Shown piece by piece: positions 47,645-57,865 of a stretch of 64,000 bases of DNA. Positions within the stretch are counted from its first letter, which is position 1; each line of letters starts with the position of its first letter. Made by a program: the position numbers and the translations under genes. The stretch is from Candidatus Cloacimonadales bacterium. GTDB lineage: Bacteria; Cloacimonadota; Cloacimonadia; Cloacimonadales; JAIOQZ01. Below the pieces are notes generated by a model, which saw nothing but the letters and a program-made list of their open reading frames with translations, was not told the origin of the DNA and made no database searches. The stretch lies in the NCBI GenBank assembly GCA_963674825.1, contig OY771587.1:1-64000 (forward strand), in the 5' to 3' direction.

Positions 47645-50584
47645 ATGATCGACAGGCAATTGATCGACTTCTACACACGTTTCAAGTTCGGCGAAGACAA
47701 CTTCCACAACCTCATGCAGAAGCGCGTGAGCAATGTCCTGTTGGTTGCCAGCTACTACGACGCTTATATTCTGGAACAAGATGGCCGGTTATCGGAACAG
47801 ATCGTTGGCGAATACCGGCAACTCGACCTCAGCATGAGTCCCATGATCACGACCATGATGCTTGACGACGACATCATTTCGGCTGTTCTGGATGGTGATT
47901 TCGACATGGTCGTTTTCATGATGCGTCTGGACAGTCGTCGAATCTTCGATCTCACGAGTATAATCAAACAGCATATACCGGATCTGCCTGTTGTTCTGTT
48001 GCTCAACCGCTATTCCTATAACATCGCGCTGTTCCGTCGGCCCGACCTCAATATGTTCCACGACCTCTTCCTTTGGATGGGAGACGCCCGTCTTTTCGTG
48101 GCGATTATCAAGTCGATCGAGGACATGCGAAACGCGCAATATGACACTACCAACGGCAACGTACGCGTCGTATTGTTAGTGGAAAATACCGTCTATCAGA
48201 CATCCAAAGTGCTGCCGATCCTCTATTCGATGATCATGGAGCAGACCCAGGAATTGATTAAATCCGAACTCAACGACGTCAACAAGAGGCTCTTGATGCG
48301 CACCCGTCCCAAGGTGCTACTCGCTCATACTTACGACGATGCGATCAGGCTTTACGAGCAATACAAAGACTATCTGCTTTGCGTGATCTCCAACGTAAAC
48401 ATGCGTCACGCAGGTAAGTACGATGCGAATGCTGGTATCAAGTTGCTACGTAAAATCCGTAGCGAATCAACTAACTTACCCCTTCTGATGATGTCCGTTG
48501 ACCGCGCCAACCGCGAGTATGCGGACCAGGTGCAGGCTGCTTTCATTGACAAGAGTTCTCAGCGCTTCAACGTGAAGCTCAAGCGCTTTATCGAGCATTA
48601 CCTCGGGTTCGGCCCGTTCATCTTCCGCTATCCGGATTCCACCATCATCACACGGGCGCACAGCCTGCCGGAATTCCAGCAGCGGCTTCACGACATCCCT
48701 GACGAATCGCTGATCTATCATTCACAGCAAAACGACTTCTCCACCTGGCTTACCGCGCACGGTTTTTATCACGTAGCGCAGGAGATCCGCAGCATCACCG
48801 TCGATGATTTCGCATCGGTGAACGAGCTCCGGGCTCACCTCATCAACATCTTCGACGATATCCGCCACAAGCGCAATCGTGGTAAGGTCATCAACTTCGA
48901 CGAAGAAAGCCTCGACGAGCAGGATCGAATTCTGCTGCTTTCCACCGGATCCCTCGGTGGTAAAGGGCGTGGCCTGGCATTCTTGAATGCGCTTCTGACT
49001 ACACTCGACCTTGAGAAAGATTTCCCGGGGATCAAGGTGAAAGTACCGCGTACCGTGATAATCGGAACCGACGAATTCGACTGGTTTGTGGAACACAACC
49101 ATATCCATCAGGAAGCGCTGAATTGTGCCAGTGAAGACGTCACCGGCTTCTTCATGAGAGGAAGCCTCAGTCCGCAAATGATGCAGCGACTAACCATCTT
49201 TCTCAAGCACGCGCGCTACCCGTTGGCCGTGAGATCCTCCGGACTTCTCGAGGACTCGCAGTCGCAGCCATTCGCCGGTATTTACGATACATACATGCTG
49301 CCCAACAACCATCCCGACGACAGTGTCCGACTCAAGCACCTCGCGGATGCCATCAGAATGGTTTTCTCTTCTCCATTCCAGAAAGATGCACGCAACTACA
49401 TCGAGAGCATCAGTTACAAGCTCCAGGAAGAAAAGATGGCCGTGGTTATCCAGGAGATTGCCGGAAAGGAATATATTGAAAGAAACCACTTCCCTCTACT
49501 TTCCGGTGTAGCGCAGTCACACAACTTCTATCCTGTTTATACCGAACCGGAGGACGGCGTGGCACATATTGCGGTGGGACTGGGAAAGATCGTGGTCGAA
49601 GGCGAAAAGAGCTTCCAGTACTCACCCGGAAAGCCCAACATCGATATCCTCAAGATCGAGGATGTAGTCGAGAGCAATCAGGATAACTTCTATGCACTCG
49701 ACCTCTCAGACTCCGATTTCGACATCTCAATTGGCGAAGACGTCACAATGAACCGTATCTCGATCACCTCCAAGCTCAAGGAAAGCGTATTCCTCCCTGT
49801 CACATCCGTTTACGACTACGAACGCAAGCAGTTCCTGGATGGCAAATACGCGCAAGGGCCACGCGTGATCACCTATCGCAACCCCATCCGTTACGGTAAT
49901 TTCCCGCTGTCTTCCATCCTGAGCCGGGTACTTGACCTCGGCGAAGCAGCGCTGGGCGTGCCGGTGGAGATCGAGTTCGCCGTTGATCTCGAACCCGCCA
50001 CCTTCACCCTCTTGCAGATCCGTCCGCTCTTCGTGCAGCAGGACACAATCGATATCGACTTGAACCATCTCGACCGGGAAGGATTGCTGCTGCTCTCCAC
50101 GCGCTCGCTCGGAAATGGCGTCATCAATGATCTGCACGATATCGTTTACCTCCGCAACGACCGGTTCGACGTCACCAAAACCGTCGAGATGAAGGACGAG
50201 CTGGAAGCAATCAACCGCATGATGAAGGAGCAGGATCGGCAGTACATCCTGATTGGGCCGGGCAGATGGGGTTCCCGCGACCGCTTTCTGGGCATCCCCA
50301 TCAAGTGGACGCATATCGACATGGCGAAGGTCATCGTCGAGGCCGGTCTTCCCCACTTTCAGGTGGAGGCATCGCAGGGAAGCCACTTCTTCCATAACCT
50401 CGTCGCGCTCAACATCGGCTACTTCAACGTTCCCCACGAAACCGACGACAGTTTCATCGACTGGCACTCGCTCGAAAACAGCCCCGTCGAGCAGGAATGG
50501 CACTATTTCCGGCTTGTCCACCGCGAAAAACCGCTCAAAGTAACGATGGACGGTAAAAAACGCCTTGCGATCGTGACAATGTGA
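47645..50584 (+). CDS. PEP/pyruvate-binding (PPDK N-terminal ATP-grasp) protein with receiver-like N-terminal domains
   Basis: GSLGGKGRGLAF, AVRSSGLLEDS..QPFAGIY, EEKMAVVIQE, EIEFA, LLQIRP, GPGRWGS, SQGSHFFHN. Confidence 0.85.
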   Translation: MIDRQLIDFYTRFKFGEDNFHNLMQKRVSNVLLVASYYDAYILEQDGRLSEQIVGEYRQLDLSMSPMITTMMLDDDIISAVLDGDFDMVVFMMRLDSRRIFDLTSIIKQHIPDLPVVLLLNRYSYNIALFRRPDLNMFHDLFLWMGDARLFVAIIKSIEDMRNAQYDTTNGNVRVVLLVENTVYQTSKVLPILYSMIMEQTQELIKSELNDVNKRLLMRTRPKVLLAHTYDDAIRLYEQYKDYLLCVISNVNMRHAGKYDANAGIKLLRKIRSESTNLPLLMMSVDRANREYADQVQAAFIDKSSQRFNVKLKRFIEHYLGFGPFIFRYPDSTIITRAHSLPEFQQRLHDIPDESLIYHSQQNDFSTWLTAHGFYHVAQEIRSITVDDFASVNELRAHLINIFDDIRHKRNRGKVINFDEESLDEQDRILLLSTGSLGGKGRGLAFLNALLTTLDLEKDFPGIKVKVPRTVIIGTDEFDWFVEHNHIHQEALNCASEDVTGFFMRGSLSPQMMQRLTIFLKHARYPLAVRSSGLLEDSQSQPFAGIYDTYMLPNNHPDDSVRLKHLADAIRMVFSSPFQKDARNYIESISYKLQEEKMAVVIQEIAGKEYIERNHFPLLSGVAQSHNFYPVYTEPEDGVAHIAVGLGKIVVEGEKSFQYSPGKPNIDILKIEDVVESNQDNFYALDLSDSDFDISIGEDVTMNRISITSKLKESVFLPVTSVYDYERKQFLDGKYAQGPRVITYRNPIRYGNFPLSSILSRVLDLGEAALGVPVEIEFAVDLEPATFTLLQIRPLFVQQDTIDIDLNHLDREGLLLLSTRSLGNGVINDLHDIVYLRNDRFDVTKTVEMKDELEAINRMMKEQDRQYILIGPGRWGSRDRFLGIPIKWTHIDMAKVIVEAGLPHFQVEASQGSHFFHNLVALNIGYFNVPHETDDSFIDWHSLENSPVEQEWHYFRLVHREKPLKVTMDGKKRLAIVTM

Positions 50585-50649
50585 AGATATTCGCTGACAT
50601 CGAATTTTGCGTTAAAAAGGTTGAAATATTCTTCACTGCTGGAGGTACT

Positions 50650-52302
50650 ATGCGTACTGTTCACATTTGCATTTTTCTGTTTGTTATATCTTGCATGGGG
50701 TTTGCTGATGCGCCGACATGGATCTGGGGACAAAGCATTGGAAGTGCCGGCACCGAATACGGTCTATCAATGGTTGATCAGAACGGTAGCGTCATTGTCT
50801 GCGGATCTTTTGAAGGTTCCTTACAATGTGGCGATTTCACATTAAACGGAAATGATGGTCTGACATTCTACGTCGCAAAATTCGACGCGAACGAGCAAAA
50901 CTCATGGGCTATAAATACCGGGGGTTGTGGTGACCAGTATTTGAATTATTTAACACTTGATGGAGATGGAAATATCTACCTTTTGGGAGGATTCGAGAAC
51001 ACCATCGTATGTGGTGAGACGACCTTATCAGCAATCGGTGGCGAGGATATCGTCGTTGCCAAGATCGATACAGATGGAAATTGGCTTTGGGCAGTAAGGG
51101 CAGGTGGGTGGAATTGGGATTATCCTCAAGGTGCAGATGTTGATCAGAATGGTGATGTCTACATTACAGGCAAGTATGAAGGTCTGGCAACATTCGGTCA
51201 AATACAGATACAATCCTTCGGCGAGAATGATTTATTCGTGGCTAAAATCAGTTCCGATGGAGAATGGATATGGGCAAACGGTGCTGGTGGTGAAGATGAT
51301 GACAGGGGTCTACGCATTGCGGTTGACAGCCAGAACAATAGCTTCATTACAGGCCATTTTTCCAACCAGGCAACATTTGACGATATTACAATGAATTCGG
51401 GGACCGCCAACTCGGCGTTCTGTGCACAAATCAGCCCGGATGGAGATTTCATATGGGTTAAACAATTAGGAGTTATCTGGGGTGAATATGGTGTATGGTA
51501 TCCAATCGAAGTTGATCATACCGGAAATCCAATCATTGCAATAGGATTTTCCCAGACAGCGGAGATTGGAGATATCACATATATAAGTGCTGGTGGACTC
51601 GATACCTGTATTGCAAAATACAACACAGATGGTGATGTGCTATGGTCGAAGCAACTTGGTGGATTGGGGGATGACAATCTCTTTTCGATTGCAGTCGATC
51701 CTGATGATAATATCTGTAGTACCGGCTATTTTGGTTTCTCCTTGATCCTCGGTGAAACCGAGTTATCCACGAATGGTGGGTCGGATATTATTCTTTCGGA
51801 ATTGTCGCCTGACGGAGAGTGGTTATGGGCTTCGTCGTACGGAAATGTCGGTGATGATGCCGGATACTTCTTACATAACTACAGTAATGACATGTTCTAT
51901 CTCAGTGGTATATTTACTGGCAGTATCACATTGGGAGAGATAACATTGCCAGGATATGGAGGTATAGATGCTTTCATTGCGAAGGGCGATGCTTCAACAG
52001 GAATAACAGATCAAACCTCGAAGCCTAATTGTGGCTTGTTGTGGAATTCCCCCAATCCGTTCAACCCGGAGACCACCATCAGCTATTCGCTCGCGAGTTC
52101 GAGCGAGGTGACGCTGAGCATCTACAACATCCGCGGCGAGAAGGTGACTACGCTCTACAACGGCTGGCAGAACGCTGGCGAACACAGCCAGGTGTGGAAC
52201 GGTCACGACGCCAATGGAAGACCCGTCGCCAGCGGCGTGTACTTCAGCAGATTGCAGTCTGAGAACAAAACAGCCGTCAGGAAAATGCTGCTGCTGAAAT
52301 AG
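50650..52302 (+). CDS. Secreted SBBP-type beta-propeller protein with FlgD-Ig C-terminal domain
   Basis: GGAGG RBS before ATG 50650; repeats of D.FVAK....G.W.W....GG...D.....VD..GN.Y.TG; SPNPFNPET...ASGVYF...RKMLLLK. Confidence 0.85.
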   Translation: MRTVHICIFLFVISCMGFADAPTWIWGQSIGSAGTEYGLSMVDQNGSVIVCGSFEGSLQCGDFTLNGNDGLTFYVAKFDANEQNSWAINTGGCGDQYLNYLTLDGDGNIYLLGGFENTIVCGETTLSAIGGEDIVVAKIDTDGNWLWAVRAGGWNWDYPQGADVDQNGDVYITGKYEGLATFGQIQIQSFGENDLFVAKISSDGEWIWANGAGGEDDDRGLRIAVDSQNNSFITGHFSNQATFDDITMNSGTANSAFCAQISPDGDFIWVKQLGVIWGEYGVWYPIEVDHTGNPIIAIGFSQTAEIGDITYISAGGLDTCIAKYNTDGDVLWSKQLGGLGDDNLFSIAVDPDDNICSTGYFGFSLILGETELSTNGGSDIILSELSPDGEWLWASSYGNVGDDAGYFLHNYSNDMFYLSGIFTGSITLGEITLPGYGGIDAFIAKGDASTGITDQTSKPNCGLLWNSPNPFNPETTISYSLASSSEVTLSIYNIRGEKVTTLYNGWQNAGEHSQVWNGHDANGRPVASGVYFSRLQSENKTAVRKMLLLK

Positions 52303-52340
52303 CAGCCTCGATATAATTCTCGAAGCTACGACACATTATG

Positions 52341-52369
52341 CCCAGTGCGCAAGCGCTGGGTTTCTCTTT
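52341..52369 (+). terminator. Intrinsic terminator
   Basis: cccagtgc-gcaa-gcgctggg GNRA hairpin plus tttctcttt. Confidence 0.75.
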
Positions 52370-52791
52370 GCGCACATCCTACCACATGCAGCAGATTCGT
52401 TCGATCACGGGCAGCCGTGTTCATCCACTTCGAAGACGTGGTGTTATACAATTTCCGCTTTGATAGATCATAAATAGGGAAATATGTGGAGGCGGAAATT
52501 GTTTTTTAGAGAGGATTTTCCGATTGAGGTATCAAATAAATTCAGGGCATCTCAATCGAAAAACCGTATTACACGGCGTCGCGAGGAGATCGGGCGAAGA
52601 TGCAATGTGACGAACATAAACCAACAGCACTCTCCACCCCTTCCCCTTTTTCCAAAGGGGAAAGCCGGAGTGAGGTTCTCTCTCATAACTCGTAACTCGT
52701 AACTCCTCCCCACCCCCAATATTCTTTTCTTGACGAAAGCGATTGCATATTGCCATCATTACCTAAATAATCTTTAGAGCAGGTTCATGGG

Positions 52792-53958
52792 ATGAAACGC
52801 TGGCTTTTCAAGAAGTTCAACAGGCTGATGATAAGGGTATTCCACGACAAGGAGATCCCCCGTTCATTCATGTGGATCATCGTATCCATCATCCTGCTGG
52901 TCTTCCTTAGCGCGGTGCTGTTCCAGGCTCTGGAAAAGTTCGGGCATTCCGAGGTCAACTCACTACGGTCGTTCATGGACGCGGTATGGTGGGCGATTGT
53001 TACCATCACAACCGTCGGCTATGGCGATGTGGTACCTACCACCTTCCCCGGTAGAATCCTCGGCATCGTGCTGATCTTCGTCGGCTTCACTCTGTTTTCT
53101 CTGCTGACTGGTTTGATTGCATCCCTCATGGTGGAAGATAAATTGAAAGGAGCGCGTGGCGTGAAACCTATCAAAGAGCGTGGACATATAATGGTCTGTG
53201 GCTGGAACGAAACCGCAGCGGCGATGCTGACCGCATTCGCTGAACGAAACATCGACGATACGATCGTCTTGATCGGCAACTATGTACCGGAGTTCTTCTC
53301 CGAGCAGGAAGCCAAGTACCCCAATCTGGTACTGAAATATATCCGCGGCGATTACTCCCAGAAGGAGATACTCGAACGCGCGAACGTCGCCAAAGCCCAA
53401 CACGTGATCGTCATCGCGGACGAGAATCTGCCCCGCCAGACAGCGGACGACCGTGCTGTAATCGTGGCTAACGCCATCCGATTCTGCTCACCCTCGGTAC
53501 CGCTGACCATCCAGCTCCTCAACGCCATGAATAAAGGCCACCTCGATTCCGCTCGAGTCGATAACATTGTCTCGTTCGACGAGATGGGCGGCTACATGCT
53601 GGCAAGCAACATCATCAGCAAGCACACACTCAATCTCTATAACAATCTGCTGCATCACCCGGAGAAGAAGTGCCAGGCTTTGGCCATCCCACAGCAATTC
53701 GTCGGAAGGAAATACCACGAGGTTGTCAGCCACTTCTACGAAGAGCGCGGCGTCATTCTGATCGGTATCCTCAACGAACGCCCTCAACTTGCCATCGAGG
53801 ACATCTTCTCCGCTGACACATCCCCCATCGACGCCTTCATCAAGCAAGCGCTGGAGCAATCGCAAAGCAAGATCCCGGATCAGCGTTTCACCATCCACAT
53901 CAACCCCGAGAAGACCTACATGATCCAGGAACGCGATCAGGCACTGGTCATCGATTAG
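52792..53958 (+). CDS. Two-TM potassium channel with RCK domain
   Basis: WWAIVTITTVGYGD selectivity filter; HIMVCGWN, IRGD...LERAN RCK motifs. Confidence 0.92.
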   Translation: MKRWLFKKFNRLMIRVFHDKEIPRSFMWIIVSIILLVFLSAVLFQALEKFGHSEVNSLRSFMDAVWWAIVTITTVGYGDVVPTTFPGRILGIVLIFVGFTLFSLLTGLIASLMVEDKLKGARGVKPIKERGHIMVCGWNETAAAMLTAFAERNIDDTIVLIGNYVPEFFSEQEAKYPNLVLKYIRGDYSQKEILERANVAKAQHVIVIADENLPRQTADDRAVIVANAIRFCSPSVPLTIQLLNAMNKGHLDSARVDNIVSFDEMGGYMLASNIISKHTLNLYNNLLHHPEKKCQALAIPQQFVGRKYHEVVSHFYEERGVILIGILNERPQLAIEDIFSADTSPIDAFIKQALEQSQSKIPDQRFTIHINPEKTYMIQERDQALVID

Positions 53959-53966
53959 GAGAAGGC

Positions 53967-54488
53967 ATGGAAGAACGTAAGGATCAAATCAGCGTCGATC
54001 ACAGTTCTCTGGGCGAGTTCCAGACATTCAAAGGCTTATCTACTGACCAGCTCGAGGCCATCGCGTCGTATCTTGTGCCAGTTGTCTATAAGATGGGTGA
54101 ATACATTATCCGCGAGAATAGCAGCGGTGATTCGCTTTATATCCTCTACAAGGGCCGGGTCAACATTACGCGCACGCTGACCATGCAGATTCAGGGCTTA
54201 AACGCTGAAGAAAAGAAGCTAACATCGCTCTCAGAGTCGGACATGGCTGCTTTTGGTGAGAATGGTTTGGTGGGAGCCGGGAAAAGAACCGCAAACGTTA
54301 TCGCTGCATCCGATTGCATTATGTATCGTCTATCCAGCGAAAGTTTCAAAAAGATAGTGGAGCAGGATATTCAAGCTGGATACCGGATCATGCACAATAT
54401 CTCTAAAGCTCTGGCAACTCGTCTTGCGCATACAGATGAGGACCTCGTGAAGTTGGCTACGGCATTTTCTATCGCGTTACGAAGGTAA
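53967..54488 (+). CDS. Standalone cyclic-nucleotide-binding domain protein
   Basis: IIRENSSGDSLYIL..G, FGENGLV...RTANVIA; no HTH; starts 8 nt after the channel gene. Confidence 0.85.
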   Translation: MEERKDQISVDHSSLGEFQTFKGLSTDQLEAIASYLVPVVYKMGEYIIRENSSGDSLYILYKGRVNITRTLTMQIQGLNAEEKKLTSLSESDMAAFGENGLVGAGKRTANVIAASDCIMYRLSSESFKKIVEQDIQAGYRIMHNISKALATRLAHTDEDLVKLATAFSIALRR

Positions 54489-54493
54489 ACAAA

Positions 54494-54793
54494 TCAATCA
54501 AGATCTTCAATAAACAGGTCATCCTCAGGTGCGGCAGCAATTTTAGCGGTTGGGGCAATAACACCACTTTCCTGATCTTCTTCGTCATTTCTCGGAAGTT
54601 TGAACAATTTAAACGTATCGAACAGAACGGACATCAGGATAATTGTGAAAAGTACTGATCCAATCGCAGTAAGAAGATACTGCAGAATCGTGCTGTACTG
54701 AAACGCTTCCGATAGCTTGAAAACCATCATCCCATCGCCAAAAGCAATATTGACGATCAGAAGAGCAAGCAGAAGCAATACAACAAGTTTCAT
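54494..54793 (-). CDS. Small hypothetical membrane protein
   Basis: Two hydrophobic segments and an acidic tail; AAGGA RBS. Confidence 0.55.
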   Translation of the reverse strand: MKLVVLLLLALLIVNIAFGDGMMVFKLSEAFQYSTILQYLLTAIGSVLFTIILMSVLFDTFKLFKLPRNDEEDQESGVIAPTAKIAAAPEDDLFIEDLD

Positions 54794-54851
54794 CGTTTAA
54801 TCCTTTATCCCGGTAACACGTACTCCGATTCTTATATCGACAGGAGCAGGG

Positions 54852-55991
54852 TCACAATTTAGATAAATCGGGCTTCAGGTCAGGAATACAGATAAAAAAC
54901 TCGGTTCCATCCTCTTTTGTGCTTGTGACACCCACCTCGCCATTGAGATATCGCTCTGTCAGAAGCTTGATACTATACGTACCAAATCCACGTCCTGATC
55001 CTTTTGTCGAAAAACTTGGCTGGAATAACTGGTAGAAAACCTTCTCCGGAATAACTTCTACATTACGAACACTGAAACGAACCATATCATGGGCTCTCTG
55101 GCTCCCAATCCGCACAATACCACTTCCAGCCTCCAGTGCATTCTTGATCATGTTGAAAAGCACACGAACCAGTAGCGTTTTGTCCGTATAAACCTGCAAG
55201 TCTTCAAAGGATGATTCCAGCACTATATCGCGATTATTAAACCGTTGATAATTGCGAACATGACTCAAGACCTGCTGAACAACCTTCGTTGTGTTCAGCG
55301 AATAGGGTGAAACTTCCAAGTCGTTCTGCTCGGCCTTGATCAACTGCTGCTGATCGGCAATTTCCTCAATCAGTCGCTGCGCTGTCGACGGCATCGAAGC
55401 TTTGATTTCTTCCCGATACTCGGTCGCTTCGTCATCGAAAAGTAGCTCAAGACCGGATGATATTGCATACGCGGTGTTCAGGATGTCATGAAAGAAGATT
55501 CTCTCAAGCGCCTGCTTGCGAACAACCGCACTGATATCCTCAATCGTAAGCATGAAAAACTGATGTTCTCCTACAATGAGCGGAGCAGAAGTAACTTGCA
55601 GATTGAGCGCTTCAACAATCTGGTCTTTCCGAACAAGCATACGGCATTCTTTCGTACTCGGTTTACCGCTCAGGCCATCCAGAATCGATGTAAGCGCGCC
55701 GCAAAAACGACAGTAGTTCGTCGTACCACATCTGTGCTCGGTATGATACAGGTGGTTACACTTGAATAACTCACCGAAGTATTTACCTATGACCTCATTA
55801 CGATCGGTAATCTCGGTGAACTCCATCGTTGAACGGTTAATATAGAGCACCGAGCGCTTGTCATCAATAATCACAACATGCACCGGTATCGCATCAAGCG
55901 CATCGGTCAACAGGCGATTATTCGTTATCGCCAGCAATTTGTCTTGAACAGCCTTTTCCATAATCTGGAAGTTCGTGTTTTGAATACCCAA
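54852..55991 (-). CDS. PAS-domain sensor histidine kinase with a Cys-rich insert
   Basis: PAS with C-x9-C-x5-C-x2-C; FFHDILN H-box; NMIKNALEA; FSTKGSGRGFG. Confidence 0.88.
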   Translation of the reverse strand: MGIQNTNFQIMEKAVQDKLLAITNNRLLTDALDAIPVHVVIIDDKRSVLYINRSTMEFTEITDRNEVIGKYFGELFKCNHLYHTEHRCGTTNYCRFCGALTSILDGLSGKPSTKECRMLVRKDQIVEALNLQVTSAPLIVGEHQFFMLTIEDISAVVRKQALERIFFHDILNTAYAISSGLELLFDDEATEYREEIKASMPSTAQRLIEEIADQQQLIKAEQNDLEVSPYSLNTTKVVQQVLSHVRNYQRFNNRDIVLESSFEDLQVYTDKTLLVRVLFNMIKNALEAGSGIVRIGSQRAHDMVRFSVRNVEVIPEKVFYQLFQPSFSTKGSGRGFGTYSIKLLTERYLNGEVGVTSTKEDGTEFFICIPDLKPDLSKL

Positions 55992-56002
55992 AATCAGTCC
56001 AT

Positions 56003-56989
56003 TCAGCTCTTTAATTCGGTAATAAGTTTTTCAATAATGTCACGTGCTCTCAGGCCTTCCGCCTCGGCTGTGAACGATATGACAATACGATGTTGTAAAA
56101 CGATCTCCGCAACGCGAACCACATCTTCGATCGAAGGCGAAGGCCGGTTCTGCAGAGCGGCTCTTGTCTTCGCAGCAAGGATGAGATACTGCGATGCTCG
56201 AGGACCTGCTCCCCAGTTCACCCAACGCTGAATAAACTCCGGGGCGTCAGCGCTCTTCGGCCTGGTCGCACGAGCAAGTCTGACAGCGAAATCGAGCACA
56301 TGATCGCTCACAGGCAAGATTCTCACGGCTTTCTGAATCTCCCGAATATCCCTTGCACTCATCATTGGCTTCACTTCCGGCATCTCCAACGAAGTCGTCG
56401 TTCTTACGATCTCCTTCTCTTCCTCGAAATCCGGGTAATCGATATTGATGTTGAACATGAAGCGATCAAGCTGCGCTTCCGGGAGCGGATAAGTTCCTTC
56501 CTGCTCGATCGGATTCTGCGTGGCAAGCACAAGGAATGGACGATCCAGCTCAAAGGTCTGATTTCCCGCAGTCACCTGAAATTCTTGCATCGCTTGCAAG
56601 AGTGCTGCCTGCGTCTTGGGCGGCGTTCGGTTGATCTCATCTGCAAGGATGATGTTCGAGAAGATGGGACCCTTGATATACTCGAAGTATCGCCTACCGT
56701 CCGCCTTGTTTTCCGCCAGAATATCCGTACCCGTGATGTCGGATGGCATCAGGTCGGGCGTGAACTGGATGCGGTTGAATTTCAGATCCAGTATCTGCGC
56801 CAGCGTCGAGACCATAAGCGTCTTCGCCAGGCCAGGAACACCTTCGATGAGGCAGTGACCACCCGCGAACAGTGCGATGAGAATTTCTTCCACGACGCGT
56901 TTCTGCCCGACGATAATCCGGCCAATTTCCGTTTCGATCTTCTGTCTTGTATTTGCCAGTTTCTGTAACAATTCCACATGCTCGTTCAT
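56003..56989 (-). CDS. MoxR-family AAA+ ATPase
   Basis: EGVPGLAKT, RIQFTPDLMPSD, DEINR.PPKTQ, ATQNPIEQEGTYPLPEAQLDRF. Confidence 0.95.
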   Translation of the reverse strand: MNEHVELLQKLANTRQKIETEIGRIIVGQKRVVEEILIALFAGGHCLIEGVPGLAKTLMVSTLAQILDLKFNRIQFTPDLMPSDITGTDILAENKADGRRYFEYIKGPIFSNIILADEINRTPPKTQAALLQAMQEFQVTAGNQTFELDRPFLVLATQNPIEQEGTYPLPEAQLDRFMFNINIDYPDFEEEKEIVRTTTSLEMPEVKPMMSARDIREIQKAVRILPVSDHVLDFAVRLARATRPKSADAPEFIQRWVNWGAGPRASQYLILAAKTRAALQNRPSPSIEDVVRVAEIVLQHRIVISFTAEAEGLRARDIIEKLITELKS

Positions 56990-56991
56990 AG

Positions 56992-57861
56992 CTATAAACT
57001 ATCCTTCCTTGCTTGGTTTACCAATTTTTTCTCGTTAACAAACAGCACATAACGATGGTGCGCCCAGAATCGCTTCACAAGCCACGGCATGCAGTTCTCA
57101 AACCATGCGTGACGAAGCATCTTACGCTCGAAATCGGGATCTTTTCCCGTATAATAGTCCAGAACCGTCAGAGGCTCCGGCTTGACATTATCGTTTACAA
57201 GAAATCCGAGCCCGAATTTCTTCAGGAATTTTGCCTTGGGCATACCGATATCCGGCCACGGAGGACAGTCGATGAAATTACCTTCGACCTTCTTCCATCC
57301 CAGTTCACACATGATTTTTGTGAACCTGCGCGGCTTGATGTAATCCTCTTTCAGGTACTTTTTAAGGTCGTCCTTTCCGGTATATTTTTGGCTTAGATAG
57401 CCAACACCCAGACGATTCGGTACACAGAGCACAATCGCCTTGCTGGTCACACGCGTAAGCTGCTTCAGAAAGACCTCAAGATCCTCAACGAACCACAACG
57501 CAGAAAAGTTCCAGCTTACATCGAAAGTATTGTCCTCGAATGGTAGATTCACATAGTCGTCGGTAAGCAGAACATCCGCCTCGAGCCCAACTTGCTTCCA
57601 CACTTCGCGGATCAGATCGACACGATCCGGCTCGTGATCCAGAATCGTCACCTCGATTCCACTCTTCGCAAGCGACATACTGTTGATTCCCGAAGTGCCG
57701 GTAAACCCAAACGATGGCGCTTCAAGAACAGTCTTTGCCTCGAACCGCCGACAGATTTGTACCATCTTGTGATTCAGGATAATGCGCTCATAGGATGATC
57801 CAAGGCCTTCATCCGGCTCGGAAAAGTATTTCTTCCAGAAATGCAATATAGGAATCGCCAT
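56992..57861 (-). CDS. Class I SAM-dependent methyltransferase-like protein
   Basis: VLEAP.FG, VTILD, LPFEDNTFD, L.RV motifs; start taken at ATG 57861. Confidence 0.75.
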   Translation of the reverse strand: MAIPILHFWKKYFSEPDEGLGSSYERIILNHKMVQICRRFEAKTVLEAPSFGFTGTSGINSMSLAKSGIEVTILDHEPDRVDLIREVWKQVGLEADVLLTDDYVNLPFEDNTFDVSWNFSALWFVEDLEVFLKQLTRVTSKAIVLCVPNRLGVGYLSQKYTGKDDLKKYLKEDYIKPRRFTKIMCELGWKKVEGNFIDCPPWPDIGMPKAKFLKKFGLGFLVNDNVKPEPLTVLDYYTGKDPDFERKMLRHAWFENCMPWLVKRFWAHHRYVLFVNEKKLVNQARKDSL

Positions 57862-57865
57862 ATCA

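Noticed and set aside
52540..52705. Hairpin (ttcccctt...aaggggaa), short taactcg repeats and small ORFs in the spacer before the K+ channel
   Set aside because: Single occurrences with no clear second copy in the window; the ORFs lack recognisable motifs.
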